A DNA stretch of 64,000 nt, from positions 168,330,001 to 168,394,000 of the forward strand of contig NC_042999.1 in assembly GCF_006345805.1 (NCBI RefSeq), written 5' to 3'. The notes under the pieces were generated by a model, which was not told the DNA's origin, did no database searches, and was given only the letters and a program-made list of their open reading frames with translations. Shown here piece after piece: positions 11,189-23,954 of this stretch. Every line of letters starts with the position of its first letter. Position 1 is the stretch's first letter. The stretch comes from Octopus sinensis. Taxonomy: Eukaryota. Made by a program: the position numbers and the translations under genes.

Positions 11189-14100
11189 ACATGTGTGTGT
11201 GTGTGATAGAAAGGTAATTGTTCTGTGTGTCTGTATATATATAATAATTATCGTGAAAAGTCTTAATTAGTTTATCTGCTTGACTTAGTTATTTCACAAA
11301 ACCTTGCATAGCTTAAATCGGCGAAATACTGTTTACAACTGTTACTTTATGTTAGAATCAAAATATGAGAAAAAAAAACCCCTTCAAAAATCCTCTTCGT
11401 CTCCTTTGTTAGATTAAATACCCTCCTCTTACTTTCATGGAATCTTTTCTTTGGCAGCAGTTAGATAATTTGATGGTGTAAGCAAGGAATTTTGTATTTT
11501 TTCCTTTTTCATACCACCAGTAATTCTTTGGCATTGCATATTCTTTTCTTTTTTTTAATGCATGATAAATATAATTCTAAACCATGCATATGATAAAAAA
11601 ACATCTATGAAATAAATCTAAACTCGAAACTACCAAATATCTGTTTGTTGGTAAGAATGGCACACGCTGGAGGAATAATAATAACGATTTCTAACTTTGG
11701 CACATCTTGACCTGATTCTGAGACGTGTAGTCAAAGTATTACTGCTTATTTTGGAATTACCGAAATGTTTCAAGATTACTTTTCACATGATTTTATATTT
11801 TAAGATATATTATATATTATTTTTTTTTACTATTAATTTATAGTTGATTTTGATGACTTTGTTAACTCTTTCGGTCATCAGGAATTAATAATATTCTTAT
11901 CCTTGTTAGATGAAATTGATTAATTAGTAGAATTTTCATTAAAATTTTCCTTCTGTTAACTTTGTTTTCAAATTTTGAAATGTAGTTTACAACAGGAAAT
12001 TCTATTAATATTTACCGTTTTAAAACACAACTTACATAGACCCTGATTGAGCTTACCTATTATGATTAAAAAATATTCCACAGACGACTATTACGTTTAT
12101 TTTCCTTATTTTTGTTTTGAGTATTTTCGTCATTTTATAATATCCTACTTTCCAAAACATGCAATTCGCATTAAAAAAAGAAAAGAAAACTGCTTCAAAA
12201 ATTCATGTTTTTCTAACTTCTTAAAACACCCCCACACCTATTTCATCCTGACTTCCCCACCTCCAAAAATCCATTTTAATCATGACAGCTATTCCGAAGG
12301 CACGTTGAAGGGATTGTAGTAGTTAAGAAATTTTAAAAAAACCTAAATAAAATGTGGATTTTTGAAATAAAAAAAAATTAATCGAATTACATGTGTTTTA
12401 GAATGTGGGATATTATATAATGAAGAAAAATACCTAGACCCCCACTCCAAGAAATACATTTCATTCGTGACAGCTATTCTGAAAGTTCTTCGCCCATTAT
12501 CCAATGTAATCGTAGATACATCATTAAAACGGCAAGGTGTGTGATTTAAAGGGAAAGTTGGCTGCTATTTTTCTAGCAGATGAAACAACCACGCAGAGGC
12601 TCCCTTATGACTTTTATTTAGAATCTAGCACTTAATAAATTAATTATTACAGCTGCTTCTACTTCTCTCCTTTGATATGAATAAATTGATAATTAAAGGT
12701 AACTGTGTGTGGCTAATTAGATATTAAATATGTTGTTTTTTTTTCCTACACAAATCTGCTTTGACATTTACACTGGTAAAATCAAAACACTAGTTCATTG
12801 TTGAAACCAAACTGTACGGCAAAATGTTAAACTGAAAACTCATTTGTTAAAAATTTTACCCCAATTACACGATAATTACTATCAGTACTTCATACTTGTA
12901 TTCTCTGGACACTCTACTACATTCTCAAACTACTACCAACTCCAATAACCATACCTTAAGACGAGCCAACGAGGGCGTCTCTGCGCGGTCACTCAACATA
13001 CCAGAAATAGCAGCCAAATTCCCTAAAATCACACCATAACATCTTTAAAATGTGACATGTTAGATAATGTAGTTCTAGATATACAAAAAGACGGGGTGGT
13101 CACGGCTGGAATACCTTAGGCCATAGGTCTGCTCGATCAGGGCTGATATTGATGGAACTATATCAACCATACTTAAGTACATTTTAACACTAATCAGTAA
13201 TTTGGTACCTGCATTCTTACTAGTCTAGTCGTGCTGTTACTCAGCTGGTTACTTACTGCATTATGTTTTTTTCCTAGGGCCAAAATTTAACAGAATAATT
13301 TTAAATGCATTAACGTCAGTCGTATTTAGTCATTTGCCGTTAATTAAGGAATTTATACAAACAAATATTTTTTCTGCCTCATGTCTTGTTTTTTTTTTTA
13401 ATTGACTTCAGTAAAATAACAAACTTAGTTTTTTTAATGAGAACAATGGCACTATTACACATATGTTGACCATGTAAGAGTAAATATAATAGCAGGTCAC
13501 CACTTGACCTGTGGGAGGAAAGCTGTTTCTTTGGTAACTGTGATGTAAGTTTATTATTTTGTAATTAGAATACGAGCTGTTTATTATTTATTCCTTTATT
13601 TTGAGGGTTGTTGGAAGAAAATGTTATTTGATGAACAGCTTTAGCCAATGATAAAACTGTCTTCACTTTGCTTATTCTACAATTACACCACAATGATCTT
13701 TGCTTTTCTCACAACTTGTTGGCTCTATATCAATCCCATTAAAAATAGTTTCCTATTGCTTCTTCTTCCGTGTTCTTTTCCTCTTACAAACGACGATCTT
13801 TGTGCTATTACACTTAGGTTGTGCTCATTCTTTTTTATGCCAAGTCTATTCAAGGTTGCTATGCAGCATTTAAGATGCAAAACATTGCTTATCACCTGCG
13901 CTTAAATACCATCTCCCAATGTACGATCCTGACAAAATGATACAATATCTTGTGAGATATACTTTATCTTATAAATTTATGTGATAATAAATGGACTTAA
14001 TTCCATATGGCTTTCATTTTTTAAAATCCATTTAAAACTATTTTGTGAATCTTAGCAGTTTGAAAGAGTGACAAACAATAACGTCTTCTGATTTAGGCAT

Positions 14101-14717
14101 AAACCCAACAATTTTGAAGAGAGGTGAGGTTTGTTGACTACACTGACCCTAGTACTTGACCAGTTCATTATTTTAAGAGAGACAAATTAATATAGATTTC
14201 AAACATTTTCTTAAATTAGTGACATTGTATTTTTAATACTTTTCAGTGGATCTGTAAACTTAAAATGTGGACATAAGTATGGAATATGGAATCTACTGAA
14301 TTCTATCACATTGTGGGACTAGAACTTAAATTTTTGTATCTTCCCCCATGATTTTGTAAAATATTGAATTTTACTTAGTCCAAAGTAGCCTTATTTCATA
14401 ATAGTGCAATAAAAATTTGTATTATTACTATATTTTGATCTGAATATGGGTTCAAATGCTCAGAGTCAATAAAATAAGTACCAGTTGAGCACTGGCATTG
14501 ATTTAATCAACTTAGTTCCCTCCCAGAAATTGCTAGCCTTGTGCCAAAATTTGAAACCATTCTATTTTGATCAGAATAACTTTTTTTGTTTTTTTTTTAA
14601 ATTTAGGCTGGTTACCATTATTTCTGTAGTGTTTCTTCAGCAAAAAATATTTAAGATGTATTTGTAGATTGTGTCTTATGATCCTGTGGCAGTTTTAACT
14701 TCTTCCTGCTTGTTATA

Positions 14718-14928
14718 CAGGATGTGGCAGAAATATGTCCCACATTTGAAAGGTTGACAAAAGGAAAAAGAAACAACATTTATGAAAAATTAATTTTACT
14801 GTTGTTTAAATAAAGGATTACAGTTTTTGTTCATTAGCTAAATGAAAACATCATTGGCACTTGCATAAGTTCATTAGCAACACATAGGTGAAAGTTTAAA
14901 ATGTGGGAGGTATTTCTGCCGCACCCTG
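14718..14928. mobile_element. Tc1/mariner-type MITE
   Basis: Imperfect TIRs of about 33 bp (caggatgtggcagaaatatgtcccacattt vs reverse complement cagggtgcggcagaaatacctcccacattt) with TA on both flanks. Confidence 0.8.
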
Positions 14929-15815
14929 TATCAGTTTGTCTTGAAATAATAAAAAATGGGCAATCAAAGAAAAACAGATCTCGGCTGCAAGCAAACCTAG
15001 AAAATACAGATTTTTTTGGATGTTTCATCCCCAAGACAAATTTTATCTAATTCCTCATTATTTTCTATTTTTCCATGCTTGACAGGTTTCATGTATCTAA
15101 ATACATTTTCATGCATCTGTCACTAAATTGTCTTTTTTTGTTCTGAACTGCACCTTGTGAATATAATGCTCAGTGATTATCATGTCTTGTCTTTCTTGAC
15201 CTTCCTCTTCTCTTTGCCAATTCATCATACCATCTCTCTTATTGCAATATGCTCAAAATACACGAGACCCTATTTCATTCTCTCTCTCTCTTTGACTTTC
15301 AAAATAGAAGGAAGTAATAATAAAATGCTAATATAAGGAATAATACCGGTTTCCAGTATTCAGTTCAGATACATCCATTTTGAATGCATATTTGCTGCAA
15401 GCACATTTCATAACAATTTCTTTTAAAGTAAAGAAACTGTTCTTGTGTTCCATTTGTTTTAATTGAAAATAAATTCCTTTGTCTCTAAGGTGTCCAAATG
15501 TTTCATTAATTTTCAATATAATTAAGCTTTTAAATTTATATATAGAAATTCATATATTGGTATGTTTTAGGTTGGTGAGGATCAATTGAAATCTTGTTAT
15601 CATTCATGTTGTAATGACATTTCAAAGGAGGTTATTGTTTTGTTTTTGTAATTTGACCCTTTTGATAGTAACTCACTCAAACTGCTTCTATTTTCTGTGA
15701 TACAAAACCTCTCGTTTTAAAGTGTTTATATTTAAATGGAAGCTTTGCGTTATAATTTTATGCCAGAACCTTTTGTTACATTACATTTCAAATGCCAAAT
15801 TAATTATGACAAAGA

Positions 15816-16020
15816 TCATCATCATCATTTAACGTCTGTTTTCCATTCTGGCATGGGTTAGATGGTTTGACAGGAACTAAACCAGCTGAAAGGCTGTTCA
15901 GGATAATTTTGGCATGGTTTCTATGGCCTGAGACCCTTTGTAACATCAGCCACTTTACATAGTGTATTGGGTGCTTTTATGCAGCACTAGCATGAATACT
16001 TTGTATGTGACACCGGTACC
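15816..16020 (-). mobile_element. Old RTE-type 3' terminal fragment
   Basis: catcatcatcatttaacgtctgttttccattctggcatgggttagatgg... is a degenerate match to the RTE terminus. Confidence 0.6.
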
Positions 16021-16256
16021 TACAAGCCTGTTTGATTAGGGACGCTCAGCTGGAGAGAGTTGCAGGGGATGAGCTTGTATGCAACGCAAAAGAATATTTT
16101 ATTAAATACCATAAAATTCTTGATTATTTTGGAAATCAATTGAAAGTCCTTGCTAGTGGTAATGAAAGAGTTAAATATGAATCCCTTTAGTCCAGTTGAT
16201 TGCAGACCACTCACTCATGTTGTTGGACATTTTGATTTGATCTTAAGAAGAGTTAA

Positions 16257-16851
16257 TCCTTTAGCATTCAGATTAGTCTGTCAAATGTAATACTCTTACT
16301 CTTTTTACTCTTTTACTTGTCTCAGTCATTTGACTGCGGCCATGCTGGAGCACCGCCTTTAGTCGAGCAAATCGACCCCGGGACTTATTCTTTGTAAGCC
16401 CAGTACTTATTCTATCGGTCTCTTTTGCCGAACCGCTAAGTGACGGGGACGTAAACACACCAGCATCGGTTGTCAAGCAATGCTAGGGGAACAAACACAG
16501 ACACACAAACATATTCACACACACTTATATATATATACATATATACGACAGGCTTCTTTCAGTTTCCGTCTACCAAATCCATTCACAAGGCATTGGTCGG
16601 CCCGGGGCTATAGCAGAAGACACTTGCCCAAGATGCCACGCAGCGGGACTGAACCCGGAACCATGTGGTTGGTTAGCAAGCTACTTACCAAACAGCCACT
16701 CCTCATTATTTCACATTATTTTTAATTAATCTTGCATTGTCTTGTAGCTTTGAGATTTTAATGATGTGATGAGTCTTTTTAGAATGGATCTGGCTGTTTT
16801 GAGCATAAGACAGGTAAAATATTTTGGTTGGCCAGTTTAAATGCTAAAGGG
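16257..16851. mobile_element. piggyBac-type MITE (family P1) with a nested SINE
   Basis: TTAA flanks; ends tcctttagcatt and aatgctaaaggg. Confidence 0.85.
16292..16704 (-). mobile_element. SINE family A, near full length
   Basis: Head ggagtggctgtttggtaag...ggttcagtccc, CORE-like cttgggcaagtgtctt, tail ctgagacaagtaaaagagtaaaaagagta on the minus strand. Confidence 0.9.
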
Positions 16852-16864
16852 TTAAATATATACT

Positions 16865-17091
16865 GGCGAGCTGGCAGAATCGTTAGCACGCCAGGCGAAA
16901 TGCGTTGCCGTATTTTGTCTGCCGTTACGTTCTGAGTTCAAATTCCGCCGAGGTCGACTTTGCCTTTCATCCTTTCGGGGTCGATAAATTAAGTACCAGA
17001 TACGCACTGGGGTCGATGTAATCGACTTAATCCGTTTGTCTGTCCTTGTTTGTCCCCTCTATGTTTAGCCCCTTGTGGGCAATAAAGAAAC
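16865..17091 (+). mobile_element. SINE family B
   Basis: Matches 6980-7212; TSD atatatact at 16856-16864 and 17092-17100. Confidence 0.9.
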
Positions 17092-17704
17092 ATATATACT
17101 TTCTTACTGATTTTACTTCTCCAGACACTGGCACCATTTTAGTATATAGGTTTCTAGGTAATGTCCAGTGGGCTTACAATATATTCAGTATCTTTATCAA
17201 GGAGTCTCAGTAGCTGAGTAAATGAAAGAGATCAGTTTAGTTATAAGAGGCCCCTGTCTACTACATGGACATAGACATTTTTTGTAATAGTTTGGTGAGG
17301 AGTTCAGGCTTTACTTATAATCTTTACAAACACTATTTGATGTTTAGTTTGAAGATGTGTACGTCAATGACTGCATTGAAATGTGGGTAGGTAAGGAATT
17401 CTTGAAGGGGTAAAATTTAGAAGAGTGGTCACTTCAGCACCTTGTGTATGTGTGGGTGGATGGGTGATGGAGTAAAGGACTGGAGAAAGAGAGGAGAGAC
17501 ATGGCTGGGAAAATCTAGGTAGAGTTAGTATACAAATAGCTATTTGTTGAGGAAAGGCAATCCAATTGGGATAACTTCATCTTTTTTCAGAAATCTAGAA
17601 TTTTCTTTTGATATTCAATGTGCCCTTCTGTTTTTGAGACAGCAAGTTGTAATATGAGTAGTTAACCATGGAATGAATGAGTTTATGGTGTGTGTGTGTA
17701 CACT

Positions 17705-18720
17705 CAAAGGTTGGCTGAAAAGTTTATAGGCGTGACCAAGATACAACATAATTCTCTTTGCTGACCACATGCGTCCTTCATTGGTGTTGCAGTGCTTGGA
17801 TCCTATTCATGAAGAAGCTTTCATCCTGTTGGTCAAAAAAGTCATTGAAAGCTGATATGACATCATCATCACTGCGACACTAGTTCCCAGTCAAGTGTTT
17901 TTTGATGTTGGGGAACAGATGATAGTCAGGTGGTACCAAATCAGGAGAAATTAGGAGGGTGATCAGCCAGTTCAAAGCCACAGTCATGCACAGCAGCCAT
18001 TGAAAGCAAGGACTTGTGTGCTGAAGCATTCTCCCGATGAAACAGTTTTCCATGGTGTTTGGTCGTGGTAGCCTTTTGTAACTGCCTTAGCAAGTTAAAA
18101 TATTACTATCCATTGATAGTGTGGCGTTTTGAGTATAGTCAATAAACAACCTTGGCTTTCTTTGGAGCAGGTGAGGCTGGATTATCCACTGCATGGATTA
18201 TCTCTGTCTCTGGCTCAATGTGATGAAGCCAACATTCATCTTGGGTTAGAAAACATTCAAGAAAACCAGCTGTTTTTCTGCAGGTACTTGATAATCCCGT
18301 GTTACCAACTCTTGTCCAGTTTTAAGAGAAGTCACTACTAGTTACTTTTGAAGTGTTCTTTAACCCTTTAGTGTTCACATTATTCTGCCAATTAATGCTT
18401 CTTCATCCACATTGTTTTGAACTAATCATGCTTTATCTTGTAGCTATGAGATTTTGATGAGGTAGCTGTTAATTTTTAAAACGATATTGTAGGGTTGGTG
18501 TGAGAGACCAGATCTGGCCAGTTTGAACATAAAACAGGCAGAATACTTTTGGCCAGATATGGCCGGTTTAAATGCTAAAGAGTTAAACAGTGAGTTTACT
18601 GGGGAGTGGGGGACAATGCAGTTATTAAAGAGATGAGTTGAAATTAATGCTTGCAAAATTTAACGGCTTTGGCATCACTCCTTCATTGTCAACCTGTTCA
18701 CTTTTCAGTCCAACCACATA
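17705..18720 (-). mobile_element. Internally deleted mariner relic (second family) with a nested MITE
   Basis: TIR-like ggttggctgaaaagtttataggcgtgac vs reverse complement ggttggactgaaaagtgaacaggttgac; minus-strand remnants FHRENASAHK, HPP.SPDLVPPDYHLFP at about 17745-18170. Confidence 0.75.
18364..18582. mobile_element. piggyBac-type MITE (family P1), intact
   Basis: TTAA|ccctttagtg ... aatgctaaagag|TTAA, 219 bp. Confidence 0.85.
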
Positions 18721-18998
18721 TCTATACACACACTGTGTCACTGTTATCTACCTTAAAGATTTTCCTCACTAATATTTTATAAAACAGTGTTTTTCTACTT
18801 GCTTGCTAGCTCTAGCTGTGGAAGATATGCAGAAACTATAGTCACTATCATTATTCTAATATCATAGTCCAAGGATTCCTTCTTTGATGAAAAGATGGAA
18901 TAATTTTTAACCCTTTCATATATTTTTAATGATAGAAGACTGCTTAAGTGTTTTCAAAATATTGCTGATTTAGGAGTTGGATAATAAAATCTCTTTAA

Positions 18999-19625
18999 CT
19001 CTTACGCATTTAAACCAGACATATCCAGCCCAAATATTCTACCTATTTTGTATTCAGACTGACTAGATCCAGCCTCTTGCACCAATCCTACAATGTGATT
19101 CTAAAAATAAACAGTTGCATCATTGAAAACTTGCAGCTACAAGATAATGTATGATTAATTCAAAACGATATGAATAAATATGAGTGGATATAGGTGTAGG
19201 AGTGGCTGTGTGGTAAGTAGCTTGTTTACCAACCACATGGTTCTGGGTTCAGTCCCACTGCATGGCACCTTGGGCAAGTGTCTTCTACTATAGCCTCGGG
19301 CCAACCAAAGCCTTGTGAGTGGATTTGGTAGATGGAAACTGAAAGAAGCCCATTGTATATATATATATGTGTGTGTGTCTGTGTTTGTCCCCCCCCCCCC
19401 CCAACATCGCTTGACAACTGATGCTGGTGTGTTTATGTCACCGTCACTTAGCGGTTCTGCAAGAGAAACCGAAAGAATAAGTACTAGGCTTACAAAGAAT
19501 AAGTCCTGGGGTCGATTTGCTCGACTAAAGGCAGTGCTCCAGCATGGCCACAGTTAAATGACTCAAATAAGTAAAAGAGTAAAAATACGCATTGCAGTCA
19601 ACAGAGCAATCTGAATGCAAAAGGG
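18999..19625. mobile_element. piggyBac-type MITE (family P1, opposite orientation) with a nested SINE
   Basis: TTAA|ctcttacgcatttaaa ... ctgaatgcaaaaggg|TTAA. Confidence 0.8.
19193..19585 (+). mobile_element. SINE family A, full length
   Basis: ggtgtaggagtggctgtgtgg head through gtaaaagagtaaaa tail. Confidence 0.9.
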
Positions 19626-19679
19626 TTAATTTATATATTAGTCTAATATGCTGGTGTCAGCTAGTTGAAAATTCAGTAT

Positions 19680-19890
19680 ATGTTAGTTAGTTAATTTGGC
19701 TCAAAAGCAAATAGCAAGGCCATGTAGGGGGACATGGAGTTAAGTACAGGGTGGTGTACATGTAAAGAGTTCAGGCCACTTGAGGTCAAGGGAGACTTTG
19801 AACAAAGTGGTCGTCGGCATCTTCACCATCTCGTCTGGCAGCTTGTTCCACGGATCCGCAACCCGGACGGAGAAAGCTCCTCTCCTTCGA
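19680..19890 (-). mobile_element. 3' end of the CR1-group LINE family seen at 37382-40513
   Basis: Reverse complement of ...tggaacaagctgccagacgagatgg...gccttgctatttgcttttgagccaaattaactaactaac. Confidence 0.85.
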
Positions 19891-19943
19891 AAAGTTTCAG
19901 TAGTGATATTTCAAGTTTATTTGATTACTTTGATTTCTTTTAA

Positions 19944-20164
19944 CCCTTTCGTTACCAACCCGGCTGAAACCGGCTCTGGCTCTTTAGTACAAATGTCTTG
20001 TTTTCATAAGTTTTGAATTAAAATCTTCCACCAAACCTTAGTCACAATTTATGTTCCTAACACTAGCTGAATGATAACTAAGTTATTTTACTAAATTCTT
20101 TGTTATATTTAAAGTAATTTGAAGAAACACAGAGCATCTCAAAATAAATACGGTAACGAAAGGG
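19944..20164. mobile_element. piggyBac-type MITE (family P2)
   Basis: TTAA|ccctttcgttacc ... ggtaacgaaaggg|TTAA; inverted copy at 56124-56343. Confidence 0.9.
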
Positions 20165-20465
20165 TTAAACTGATTGTTGTTGCCGTTGTTTAGCCCTATT
20201 TCATCCACTGTGTTTTCTTTAGTATACATTTGATTAGGCTATCTTACATGAGGGAGGTGTGGAAGCTCTTGCTAGCATATCAACCCATTGCATAGAGGTT
20301 CCTTTGTTAGTTCATTGTTTTGCTGATTCCTTTCCATAGCAGATTGTTGATTATACGGTTTATTCCTGTAGCATTCAGATTTCTTTGTCAGATAATGTAT
20401 TGCTTATTCATTTTGTTTGAAATTAATCATTGATTATATTGTAGCTTCAAGATTTCAATGCTGTC

Positions 20466-21052
20466 TTTTACCTTTCACTTCAGTCATTAGACTGTGGCCA
20501 TGCTGGAGCATCACCTTGAAACTTTTTAGTGAAATGAGTTGACACTAGTACTTATTTTCTTTTTTTAAGCCTGGTACTTATTCTATCAGTCTCTTATGCT
20601 GAACTGCTAAGTTATGGGATGTAAACACACCACCAGTTGTCAAGAAGTAGCGGAACACACACACACACAATAGGTTTCTTTCAGTTTCTGTCTACCTAAT
20701 CCACTCACAAGGCTTTGGTTGGCCCAAGGCTATAGCAGAAGGCGGCGAGCTGGCAGAAACGTTAGCATGCCGGGCGAAATGCGTAGCCGTATTTCGTCTG
20801 TCGTTACGTTCTGAGTTCAAATTCCGCCGAGGTCGACTTTGCCTTTCATCCGTTCGGGGTCGATAAATTAAGTACCAGATACGCACTGGGGTCGATGTAA
20901 TCGACTTAATCCGTTTGTCCTTGTTTGTCCCCTCTGTGTTTAGCCCCTTGTGGGTAGTAAAGAAATATATAGCAGAAGACACTTTCCCAGTGTGCCACTC
21001 AGTGGGACTGAATCCAAAACCATTTGGTTAGGAAGCAAGGTTCTTATTACAC
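20466..21052 (-). mobile_element. SINE family A, decayed, split by SINE B
   Basis: Tail at 20466-20540, head at 20980-21052. Confidence 0.7.
20742..20967 (+). mobile_element. SINE family B, young copy
   Basis: 11-bp TSD tatagcagaag at 20731-20741 and 20968-20978. Confidence 0.92.
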
Positions 21053-21445
21053 AGGACATTGTAGGGTAGATGTGAGTGGTTGGATCTGGTCAGTTTTAAC
21101 ATAAAGTAGGTAGAATATTTGAGTTGGATATAGCCAGATTAAATGCTAAAGAGTTACATAAAATGTAGATATTTCTGTATGAAATATTTGAATTTGTATG
21201 AGTGGTAAGAAGCTTGCTTCCCAACCACATGGTTCTGGGTTCAGTCCCACTGTGTGGCAACTTGAGCAAAGGTCTTCTACCATAGCCCTGGGTTGACCAA
21301 AGCCTTGTGTGTGGATTTGGTAGACAGAAACTGAAAGAAGCTTGTCATATATGTGTGTGTGTTTGTGTGTATATAGAGGCATATATATGTATATATATAT
21401 ATATATGTATGTGTATATATATGTGTATGTGTAGGTATATATATA

Positions 21446-23390
21446 TCATCATCATCATCGTTTAACGTCCGTTCTCCATGCTAGCATGGGTTGGACGGTT
21501 CGACCAGGGATCTGGGAAGCCAGAAGGCTGCACCAGGCTCCGATCTTATCTGGCAATGTTTCTACAGCTGGATGCCCTTCCTAACGCCAACCACTCCGTG
21601 AGTGTAGTGGGTGCTTTTTACGTGCCACCTGCACGGAAGCCAGTCGAGGCGGCACTGGCTTCAGCCACGATTTAGATGGTGCTTATTACGTATCGCCAGT
21701 CCAGGGGTCCTGGCATCTGCCAGGTGCTAGTCATAGGATTGGTTCAATTTCGATTCCGATTCCGATTTCGATTTCACTTGCCCCAACAGGTCTTCGCAAG
21801 CAAAGGGGGTTGGCATAGGTGCCTGTCGTCGGATGAGGTTCGATATCGACTTCGCTTGCCTCAACAGGTCTTTGTGTGTCCAAGGGAGGAAAGGCATGCA
21901 TAAGTGGGCTGGACTCACTTGTCCTGCCTGGTCTTTTCACGCACGGCATATTTCCAAAGGTCTCGGTCGCAGGTCATTTCCTCAGTGAGACCTAAAGTCC
22001 GAAGGTTGTGCTTCACCACCTCATCCCAAGTTTTCCTGGGTCTACCTCTTCCACGGGTTCCCTCAACTGCTAGGGATTGACACTTTTTAACACACCTATC
22101 TTCATCCATTCTCACCACATGACCATACCAGCGGAATCGTCTCTCTTGCACACCACAACTGATGCTCCTTAGGTCGTCCAACATTTCTCTCAGGGTACTT
22201 ACACTCTGTTGAGCATGCATACTGACATTACACATCCATCGGAGCATACTGGCTTCATTCCTCACGAGCTTACGCATGTCCTCAGCAGTCACGGCCTATG
22301 TTTCACTACCATGTAGCATGGCTGTTCGTACAACTGCATCATACAGTCTGCCTTTTACTCTGAGCAAGAGGCCTTTAGTCACCAGCAGAGGTAAGAGCTC
22401 CCTAAACTTTGCCCAGGCTATTCTTACTCTAGCCGTTACACTTTCAGCACACCCACCCCCACTACTGACTTGGTCACCAAGATAACGGAAGCTATCAACT
22501 ACTTCTAGTTTTTCCCCCTGGAAAGTGATGGAAGTTGTTTTCTGCAGATTTTCAGAGGTTAATGCTCCTGAGCATCTGCCACATACAAAAACTATCTTCC
22601 CTGTTAGCCTTCCTTTGACATTGCTGCACCTCTTATGTGTCCATAGCTTACACTGGCTACATCTTATAGAGTTTCTACCTACACCTTTTCTACAGATCGA
22701 GCAGGGCCATCTTCCTGAAGACATTTGTGAATTGTCTACCTTCCTACTTATTAGTACTTTGGTTTTAGCTAGGTTGACTCTAAGGCCCCTCGATTCTAGA
22801 CCCTCCTTCCACACCTGGAACTTCTCCTCCAGTTCTGATAGTGACTCAGCAATTAGAGCAAGGTCGTCAGCATATAGGAGCTCCCAGGGGCAACCTGTCT
22901 TGAATTCCTCCGTAATTGCCTGGAGGACTATGATAAATAGGAGGGGGCTGAGTACTGAACCCTGGTGGACCCCAACCTCTACTTTGAATTCTTCTGTGTA
23001 CATGTTGCCAACCCTAACCTTACTTACGGCATCCCTGTACATGGCTTGAACAGCCCTCACCAGCCATTCATCTATCCCTAGTTTCCTCATTGACCACCAG
23101 ATAAGGGATCGGGGGACCCTGTCAAAGGCTTTTTCCATGTCAACGAAAGCCAGGTACAGGGGCTTATCTTTGGCTAGGTATTTCTCCTGCAGCTGTCTTA
23201 CCAGAAATATGGCATCAGTGGTGCTTTTCCCTGGCTTGAAACCAAACTGCATCTCGTCCAAGTTGACTCTCTCCCTAATCAGTTGGGCTCTGACCCTCTC
23301 TGTAACATTCATTACCTGATCCAACAGCTTGATACCTCTGTAATTATTTGTATCTAGGGCGTCTCCTTTACCTTTGTAGCAGTTGACTAG
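21446..23390 (-). mobile_element. 5'-truncated RTE-clade LINE (RT, C-terminus, 3' UTR, (GAT)n tail)
   Basis: RT motifs [50 protein letters not shown]; RTE-like C-terminus RWYGHVVRM and RGRGRPRKTW; continuous with the repeat-containing 3' UTR. Confidence 0.95.
21915..23324 (-). pseudogene. RTE reverse transcriptase ORF broken by one in-frame stop
   Basis: The 342-aa and 125-aa ORFs are in the same frame, separated by TAG at 22293-22295 (HGSET*AVTAEDM, where W is expected). Confidence 0.9.
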
Positions 23391-23573
23391 ATATGTGTAT
23401 ATATATATATATGTGTGTGTGTATATATATATATATATGTGTGTGTGTATATATATATATGTATATATATGTGTGTATATATATATGTGTGTTTGTATAT
23501 ATATATGTATATATATATGTATATATATATATATATGTTTGTATATATATATATATATATAAATGTATATGTA

Positions 23574-23905
23574 TCATCATCATCATCATCATTTAGCGTC
23601 CGTTCTCCATGCTAGCATGGGTTGGACGGTTCAACTGGGGTCTGTGAAGCTGGAAGGCTTCATCAGGCCCAGTCAGATCTGGCAGTGTTTCTACGGCTGG
23701 ATGCCCTTCCTAACGCCAACCACTCCGTTAGTGTAGTGGGTGCTTTTTACGTGCCACCTGCACAGGTGCCAGACAGAGCTGGCAAAACGGCCACGAACGG
23801 ATGGTGCTTTTACGTGTCACCGGCACGGGGGCCAGACAGAGCTGGCAAACGGCCACAAACGGATGGTACTTTTACGTGTCACCGGCACGGGGGCCAGGCC
23901 AGGCT
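23574..23905 (-). mobile_element. RTE 3' UTR fragment
   Basis: (cat)n tail, RTE terminus, three repeat units. Confidence 0.88.
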
Positions 23906-23954
23906 ATATATATGTGTGTATATATGTGCATATATATATATATATCTATGTATA

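Larger units (their letters stand above)
20364..21153. mobile_element. Old P1 MITE containing SINE A, which contains SINE B
   Basis: Left part tcctgtagcattcagatt... and right part ...gacattgtagggtag...aaatgctaaagag flank the SINEs. Confidence 0.7.

Noticed and set aside
11868-11885. CUGAUGA CC GAAA on the minus strand
   Set aside because: There is no stem II or stem III; it coincides with a TTAA-flanked transposon-like end.
13441-13545. Protein-like frame EQWHYYTYVDHVRVNIIAGHHLTCGRKAVSLVTV ending at gtaagt
   Set aside because: In-frame stops lie immediately upstream and the only usable acceptor (tgag) is non-consensus.
15344-15353. Isolated GAAACCGGUA (minus strand), like the hammerhead 3' half at 55914-55923
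   Set aside because: No CUGANGA half, no stem I or II partner and no carrier repeat context; a 10-mer can occur by chance.
17291-17390. Apparent exon (FEDVYVNDCIEMW) with a gtaggt/gtaagg donor
   Set aside because: The minus strand resembles a decayed LINE C-terminus (VIDVHIFKLNIK), so it is probably a repeat remnant.
22525-23319. Plus-strand ORFs of 174 and 60 aa, and similar antisense ORFs over 33.6-36.2 kb and 46.9-48 kb
   Set aside because: They are antisense shadows of LINE reverse transcriptase ORFs.
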